Assembly: GCA_000151265.1 (NCBI GenBank)
Contig: GG663735.1
Coordinates: 1,380,854-1,412,853 of the forward strand
Reading direction: 5' to 3'
Length of the DNA: 32,000 nt
From: Micromonas pusilla
Taxonomy: Eukaryota
This document shows, piece after piece, positions 27,155 to 32,000 of this stretch (position 1 is its first letter; each line of letters starts with the position of its first letter). The translations under genes were made by a program, and so were the position numbers. Under the pieces are notes generated by a model. The model had not been told where the DNA came from, did no database searches, and was given only the letters and a program-made list of their open reading frames with translations.

Positions 27155-27221
27155 TCTTACACGTGATACCCCGATGGATGGTGACCATGTCACGACTACG
27201 TGTAGAGAACGCGTGTGTTAT

Positions 27222-27249
27222 GAACGAACGAACGAACGAACGAACGAAC
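27222..27249. repeat. tetranucleotide microsatellite (GAAC)7 in the convergent 3' intergenic region
   Basis: Seven perfect gaac units counted. Confidence 0.95.
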
Positions 27250-27355
27250 GAGTCTTCTTCTTCATATACTTTTTCATGTTATTAAAACACGCGCGCGCCG
27301 CTCGTCGCGATCGCGCCCTTCCTCTTCACGTCGTCGTCGTCGCCGCTCGCTCGGC

Positions 27356-28600
27356 TCACGCGAAGTTCGTCTTTCCGATCCCGAGCGCGGCTTGAATCTC
27401 CGTCGTGTCCGGCAACATCCCGGGCTCCCCCGGCGAGTTCCACACGTACACGACCTTCCCGGTCTCGTCCAAAACCACGCACCCGCGGTTCGACGTCACG
27501 TACGGCGCGAAGTTCGTGGACACGTCGATGTCGTCGAGGAACTTCCCGAGGTCGAACGTCCCGACGTACTTCTCGGACGTCGCGAGCGACGGATCGGAGA
27601 GACACGTGAATCCAACCTTCGCGCTCCACGGCGCCATCGTGAACGGCGTGTCCTTGGAGATGCCGAGCACAGTGACGCCGTCCGTCTCCGAGATTGACTT
27701 GAGCGCGCCGAGCTGGCACTCGCAGCCGCCGTCGGCGTCGCCGCTGTACGCGGCGGGGAAGAACGCGAGGCAGACTTTTTGGCCCTTGAGCTTCGACAGC
27801 GTCGTGAGCTCGAACCCGGGGCCCATGAGGGTGAAGTCCGGCGCGGCGTCGCCGACCTTGACCGCGGCCTGCGTGGGATGGGGTGGGGCGGAGGTTGGAT
27901 GATCGGTGAGGGGACGGCGGCGGCGGGGGGGGGGGAGGAGGGGCGGCCGGGACGATCGGTCGCGGCGGAATCGAATCGCGGCGATCGAAGCGTCGCTTCT
28001 GTTTTATCTGTTCCTTCCCCTCGCTATCTGATCGATCCGACGCGCTTCGAGGCGACGCGGTCGGGCGGGGCGGAGACCGGGACGGGACGCGCGGGTTTAG
28101 GGACGCGAGACGCACCTTGGGCGCGATCGCGGCGCGACGGGACGCGCGGGCCTGCGTGATACGCGGAGGCGAACGATGATGGGGGGGGTCAGCGGCGGGC
28201 GTCGAGGATCGCTCCGACACGCGCGATCAGATCGCGTCGCGATCGGGGGGCGCTTTTCGATCGGATCGATCGATCGCGCGAAGGTGCGTTCTATTGCACA
28301 CTGGTCCCCATACGACCGCGTTGGCGTGGTGAACGCCGATCCTTAAGGACTTTTCCCGGCGTCTCTCTCCGCCCATCCCTCGCTTTCAATCCCCGCCCTC
28401 GGCGCCTTTCAACTTCAACTGACGCCTTTCAACTCCACCCCGTCGACGCCGCGAAGCGCGAGGCGGAGAAGTCGCTCGGCGCGGTGGACGAGGGACGACG
28501 ACGACGGCGCGCGGACGACGCGCACCTTGACGCCGCGGCTCTTGACGAGCGCGGACGCGTTCGCGACGGCGTAGGAGGAGGAGAGCGTGAATGCGGACAT
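27356..28600 (-). CDS. AhpC/TSA-family peroxiredoxin (AhpE/BCP-like) with transit-peptide-like leader; exons 28526..28600, 28116..28151, 27356..27868
   Basis: ATG at 28600-28598 (MSAFTLSSSYAVANASALVKSRGVK), then AAG|gtgcgcgtc (GT at 28525-28524). A 36-nt exon ARASRRAAIAPK is bounded by tatcacgcag| (CAG at 28154-28152) and AAG|gtgcgtctc (GT at 28115-28114). The last exon follows cccacgcag| (CAG at 27871-27869): AAVKVGDAAPDFTLMGPGFELTTLSKLKGQKVCLAFFPAAYSGDADGGCECQLGAL... All junctions are phase 0. The exon-1 donor is the least certain, because the frame stays open to 28442. Confidence 0.7.
28284..28442 (+). mobile_element. introner-like repeat element, copy 2 (antisense to, and inside, intron 1 of the peroxiredoxin gene)
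   Basis: Starts AAG|GTGCGTTCTATTGCACACTGG and ends CTGACGCCTTTCAACTCCACCCCG. It is about 80 percent identical to the reverse strand of 1818..1981. It lacks the terminal CAG of copy 1, and no + strand coding sequence flanks it. Confidence 0.7.
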
Positions 28601-28802
28601 TGTCGTGGGACGCGTGCGACCGAGAGTGACGACGGACGGCGAGGCGCCGCGTCGGATGGATTGTTACCTGTCCCTGCCTCTGGCCGTGACGTGTCGGAGT
28701 TTCTGTTCGCTTTCGTCGTCCCACTCCGCATCCGCGCGGACGACGAGCCGTCGCCCGCCTCGCGCTCGCGATTCATCGCCCTCGGCAGACGCCACCTGTC
28801 GC

Positions 28803-29647
28803 ATGAACGCGCTCGGACGCGTCGCCGCCCGCAGCGTCCTCGTCTCGTCCGTTTCGCGCGTCTCGCGGGCGTCGTCGAGCCGCGTAGGGAGTCTTCGACG
28901 CGCGACGACGACCGCGCGTCGCGGCGTCGCCGCGGCCGTGGCGAGCGCGGACGACGTCCCGAGCTTCGTCGGGAGGTGGACGCGCGCGTCAGAGGGTGAG
29001 CCGCCGCGCGCCCGGCCAATCGATCGAGCGACGCGCCGCGTCCGCGTCCGCATCGCGACCACCGCGATCGTCCATCGCCCGCGCGGTCGCGCGCGTCCCG
29101 CGTCGCGACTCCGTCCCCACCCTAACCCTGAAAAAATCCGATCCCTCCCGTCGTCGTCGTCGTCGTCAACGCAGAGAGCGTCAACGCGGCCGCGTACCTC
29201 GCCGCGCACGGCCTCACCCCCGAGAAAGCCGCCGAACGCGCGCTCGCGCCGTACGAGCAAGAGTGGAGAGAGACGGGCGAGGAAGAGGGCGAGTTCCGCG
29301 TCCTTACCGACCCGGGCACGGGCAAGGGCGTCCGATCGATCGTCTACCCGCTCGGCGAGTGGGAGGAGCCGTTTAAAGGCGGCAGCGAGCTGTTCGGCGA
29401 AGAGGGCGGCAGCGTGTTCCGAAACACGTCGTACGAGGACCACCCGAGCGCGGGCGGGAAGGTGCACCTCACGGAGAGCGTCACGCCGTTGGGGTGGGAG
29501 GCGACGCAGCGGACGTTGGAGGACGCGAACACGATGATCGTCGAGCGGACGTTTACGCCGCGAAACGCGGACGGCTCGGGGGGGGACCAGGTGTCGAGCA
29601 GAGAGGTGTTCAAGCGCGTCGTGATCTTCAAGCCGATGGACGCGTGA
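28803..29647 (+). CDS. lipocalin/FABP-like (calycin fold) protein with transit-peptide-like leader (exons 28803..28995 and 29175..29647)
   Basis: ATG at 28803 (MNALGRVAARSVLVSSVSRVSRASSSRVGSLRRATTTARRG). Exon 1 ends ...FVGRWTRASE G|gtgagccgc (GT at 28996-28997). The acceptor is gtcaacgcag| (CAG at 29172-29174). The phase-1 junction closes (G+AG = Glu). The spliced FVGRWTRASEESVNAAAYLAAHGL parallels the FABP signature [22 protein letters not shown]. The C-terminal TMIVERTF...SSREVFKRV parallels KLVVECVM...TSTRVYERA. TGA at 29645-29647. Confidence 0.6.
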
Positions 29648-29810
29648 TGTGATCGAGTTGCATCGCGGGTCGTGGTGCGTCGATGTGATAGACGTCGTCG
29701 TCGTCGTTAAAGAACCTTTTACTGCTATCATACTGCTCGCGCCGGTGTCGAACAGAAAACTTTCGTTCCCTTCCCGAGTTCCCGCCCCGCCCCCCGTCGG
29801 TCGTTTTCGG

Positions 29811-32000
29811 TCACGCCTCGTTCAGGCTGATCGCCTCGACACCCTCCTGCATCGCGTCCACGGCGTCCGTCGCCGCCGGGACGGAGGATTCCTCAACCAC
29901 CGCCGGCTCCTTCGGCGGCGCCGCCGGCTGCTCCCCTGTTAACGGCGCCGCCGCGGCCGTTTCCGCCGTCCCCGCCGCCGCCGTCTCCGCCGCCGCCGCC
30001 GCCGTGGGCGCCTTGGCGTGCTTTCTCAACAGCGGCGACACGCTCACGTTCGTCTCCCCCGCGGCGATCTGACGGAACACCTCCTGCGTCACCGCGCCGA
30101 CGTCCACGCCCGCGCCGTGCTTCTGAATCTGCTCCAGAAGCGCGGTCAGCTGCAGCGCGCTGAGACCGGACGCGGGCTTCTCCTCCGCCGCGTTCTTCGA
30201 CGGCGTCGCCGCCGCCGCCGGGCGCAAAAACGGATGCCGCAAGATTCCCTCGATCGTGATCCTGTGATGCGGATGCCTCACGAGGCACTGCGAGATGAGA
30301 TCCGTGAGGTGCGGGTTCGCGACCGGCGGCATCGGAATCACGTGCTTGGGATCCGTGATCGCGTGCAGCTTCGGAATCATCCCGGTGATCCTCGCGAACG
30401 GGGTTTGCCCGTACACCATCTGATATAGGATGCACCCCAACGACCAGATGTCGCTCGCCCTGCCAACCTTCAGCGGTCCGCCCAGCGCGCTCGGCTGCCC
30501 GTTCAAGATCGCCTCCGGGGACATGTAGTTCACCGTGCCAACCTGGTGGTCCCGAACGATGTTCGTCGTGTCGCTCTTCGACGTGTCTTGCTTCGCGATG
30601 CCGAAGTCGATGAGCTTGAGCGCGCCCTCGACGAAGAGGAAGTTGGCGGGTTTCAAATCCGAGTGCACGATCTTTTGCTCGTGGATCGTCCCCACGGCTT
30701 CGACCATCTGCTCAAAGTACAGACGCAGGAAGTTGTCGTCGATCATCCCGGCGTTGCTCTTGCCGTTGTTCGCGGCGTCGGCGGCGCCCGCGGTCCCCGC
30801 CGCGTCGACGCCTTCTTTACCCTTCTCCTTCTCCTTCAGCTCCTTGGCGCGTTGTTTCTCGCGCTTGGAGAGCAAACGCGCGAGGTCGATTTCGCCGTAC
30901 TCGAGGACGACGTAAATCAACCCCTCGTTCTTGCACACTTCCGCGTCCACGAGCTGGATGATGTTGTGCTTCCCTCGCAGGTTTTGCAGTAAACGAATCT
31001 CGTCCAAGAAACCGGCGACGGTCTCCTTCTCGCGCCCTTGCAGACGGATGCGTTTCAGCGCGTACGTCTTGCGCTTCGGGCACAGCACCTTGTACACCTT
31101 GCACGTGCCGCCCTGACCGACGCACTCGAGCTTCAGGTACTTGACGCCTCTGACGACGACCATCTCGGAGTTCTCTCTGATCTTCGCGCGCTTCTTCTTC
31201 TCGTCCACCGCCGCGGCCGCGGGCGCCGCGGGGGCCGCGGCGGCGGAAGCCGCAGCCGTCGCCCCCGGCGCCGCGGGCGCGGATATCGACCGGGGCATCT
31301 GCGGCCGCGCCGCCCGCGCCTGCAGCCGCGCCTGCTGCTCCCGCTGCTGCTGCTGCGCGGCGTCGTAATCCACCACGACGGTCGCGTCCTCCATCTCCAC
31401 GACCGGCGCCGCGGGCTGATGCGCCGCGCGCCGCTGTTGCTGCTGCTGCTGCGGCGGGTGATGCCGCCGCGCCTGATCCGCGGAGCAAATCTCCATCGTG
31501 ACGTCGTCGGGCTCCGCCGCCGCCGCCGGCGTCCTCGGCGCGACGGACGGCGGCGCCCTCTGACGCGGCGGCGCGTTCTCGTCGTTCATGTACGCGTACC
31601 CACCGCCGTACCCACCCGCGGGGTCTATCTTCGGGATGCTCACGGTCGCTTCCAGGCGCGCGCGCTCCTCCGCGGCGGCGTCGGCGGCGGCTCGCGTCGC
31701 GCGTTCGCGTTCCCTCGCGAGCATCATCTCTCGCCGCTGCGCCATGACCATCTCTCTCTGTTGCTCGTACGGATCCATGCTTCCGCCGCCGGTTCGATCC
31801 CCGCCGCCGCGGCCGAGACCCCCCGGCGCGGCGATCTGGTACGACCCGCGCTCGATGTCGCGCTTCATCTCCTCCACGATGGATATCGGCGTCGCGCCCG
31901 CCGCGACGCCCTTGGTTAAAATTTTCAAAGCCTTCTCCTCGCCCTTGTACTGGTACCCAAACGCCGCCCACTCGGTCCAAAACATCCCGTGCTGCTGCCA
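29811..32000 (-). CDS. MPS1: Mps1/TTK-type dual-specificity protein kinase, N-terminus probably beyond window edge
   Basis: The ORF is open from the window end to TGA 29813-29811. The in-frame ATG at 31985 is preceded by open frame (WQQHG). Kinase core LECVGQGGTCKVYKV, YALKRIRL, IVHSDLKPANFLFVEGALKLIDFGIA, DHQVGTVNYMSPEA. The N-terminal WTEWAAFGYQYKGEEKALKILTKG is TPR-like, as in Mps1/Bub1 N-termini. Confidence 0.88.
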   Translation of the reverse strand, partial: WQQHGMFWTEWAAFGYQYKGEEKALKILTKGVAAGATPISIVEEMKRDIERGSYQIAAPGGLGRGGGDRTGGGSMDPYEQQREMVMAQRREMMLARERERATRAAADAAAEERARLEATVSIPKIDPAGGYGGGYAYMNDENAPPRQRAPPSVAPRTPAAAAEPDDVTMEICSADQARRHHPPQQQQQQRRAAHQPAAPVVEMEDATVVVDYDAAQQQQREQQARLQARAARPQMPRSISAPAAPGATAAASAAAAPAAPAAAAVDEKKKRAKIRENSEMVVVRGVKYLKLECVGQGGTCKVYKVLCPKRKTYALKRIRLQGREKETVAGFLDEIRLLQNLRGKHNIIQLVDAEVCKNEGLIYVVLEYGEIDLARLLSKREKQRAKELKEKEKGKEGVDAAGTAGAADAANNGKSNAGMIDDNFLRLYFEQMVEAVGTIHEQKIVHSDLKPANFLFVEGALKLIDFGIAKQDTSKSDTTNIVRDHQVGTVNYMSPEAILNGQPSALGGPLKVGRASDIWSLGCILYQMVYGQTPFARITGMIPKLHAITDPKHVIPMPPVANPHLTDLISQCLVRHPHHRITIEGILRHPFLRPAAAATPSKNAAEEKPASGLSALQLTALLEQIQKHGAGVDVGAVTQEVFRQIAAGETNVSVSPLLRKHAKAPTAAAAAETAAAGTAETAAAAPLTGEQPAAPPKEPAVVEESSVPAATDAVDAMQEGVEAISLNEA

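Noticed and set aside
28284-28442. Introner copy 2 as a functional + strand intron, for example in the 5' UTR of the FABP-like gene
   Set aside because: It lacks the terminal AG and no + strand exon flanks it. Its right flank is the antisense of the peroxiredoxin Met exon. It is better explained as an antisense passenger in a - strand intron.
3859-28600. Apparent clustering of plastid-related genes (Tic55/PAO-like, FtsHi, small membrane protein, peroxiredoxin, FABP-like) as a functional gene cluster or operon
   Set aside because: The genes are on mixed strands with their own promoters and are interleaved with unrelated housekeeping genes (ARF-GEF, PRP17, RPL31, Mps1). In a genome where a large share of genes serve the plastid, this density is unremarkable.
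1-32000. A prokaryotic reading of the window (operons, RBS, phage or defence islands)
   Set aside because: There are spliceosomal introns with consistent GT-AG grammar, eukaryote-only genes (PRP17, Mps1, GBF1-type Sec7, eL31) and tRNAs without encoded CCA. I saw no Shine-Dalgarno patterns.

Overview
Very GC-rich, gene-dense eukaryotic nuclear DNA, not prokaryotic. I count 16 protein-coding genes on both strands in 32 kb and 12 short spliceosomal introns (125-374 nt). Nearly all introns start GTGCG and end CAG. There are also two identical nuclear-type tRNA-Ala(CGC) genes. The gene content is a PAO/Tic55-type Rieske oxygenase, a protease-dead FtsH-like ATPase, RPL31, PRP17, a GBF1/GNOM-type ARF-GEF, an Mps1 kinase, an LSMT-like SET protein, a cyclophilin, a peroxiredoxin and several transit-peptide-like leaders. 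Together with the sequence style this suggests a mamiellophycean green alga (Micromonas-like); that assignment is inference only. Many long ORFs in the supplied track are GC-driven antisense or shadow ORFs, and several track 'M' starts are really GTG or TTG. I therefore re-derived starts and exon junctions by hand. Every junction I report closes the reading frame. Most notable structures: (1) A 545-bp, about 99 percent identical inverted duplication carries a tRNA-Ala gene plus the promoter and first 72-73 codons of the SET gene. It brackets that gene and is flanked on one side by a 66-71-bp direct duplication of the gene's 3' end. (2) Two diverged copies of a ~160-nt introner-like element lie 26 kb apart. 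One forms an intron in sense orientation; the other sits antisense inside a larger intron. (3) An in-frame 81-bp tandem array of 12-13 units encodes a 27-residue ankyrin-like repeat behind an F-box-like head. (4) A 1241-aa FtsH homologue keeps its ATPase motifs but has lost the HEXXH zinc site. (5) A small-heat-shock-like protein has three alpha-crystallin-like domains. I saw no CRISPR arrays, rRNA genes or classical transposon genes.
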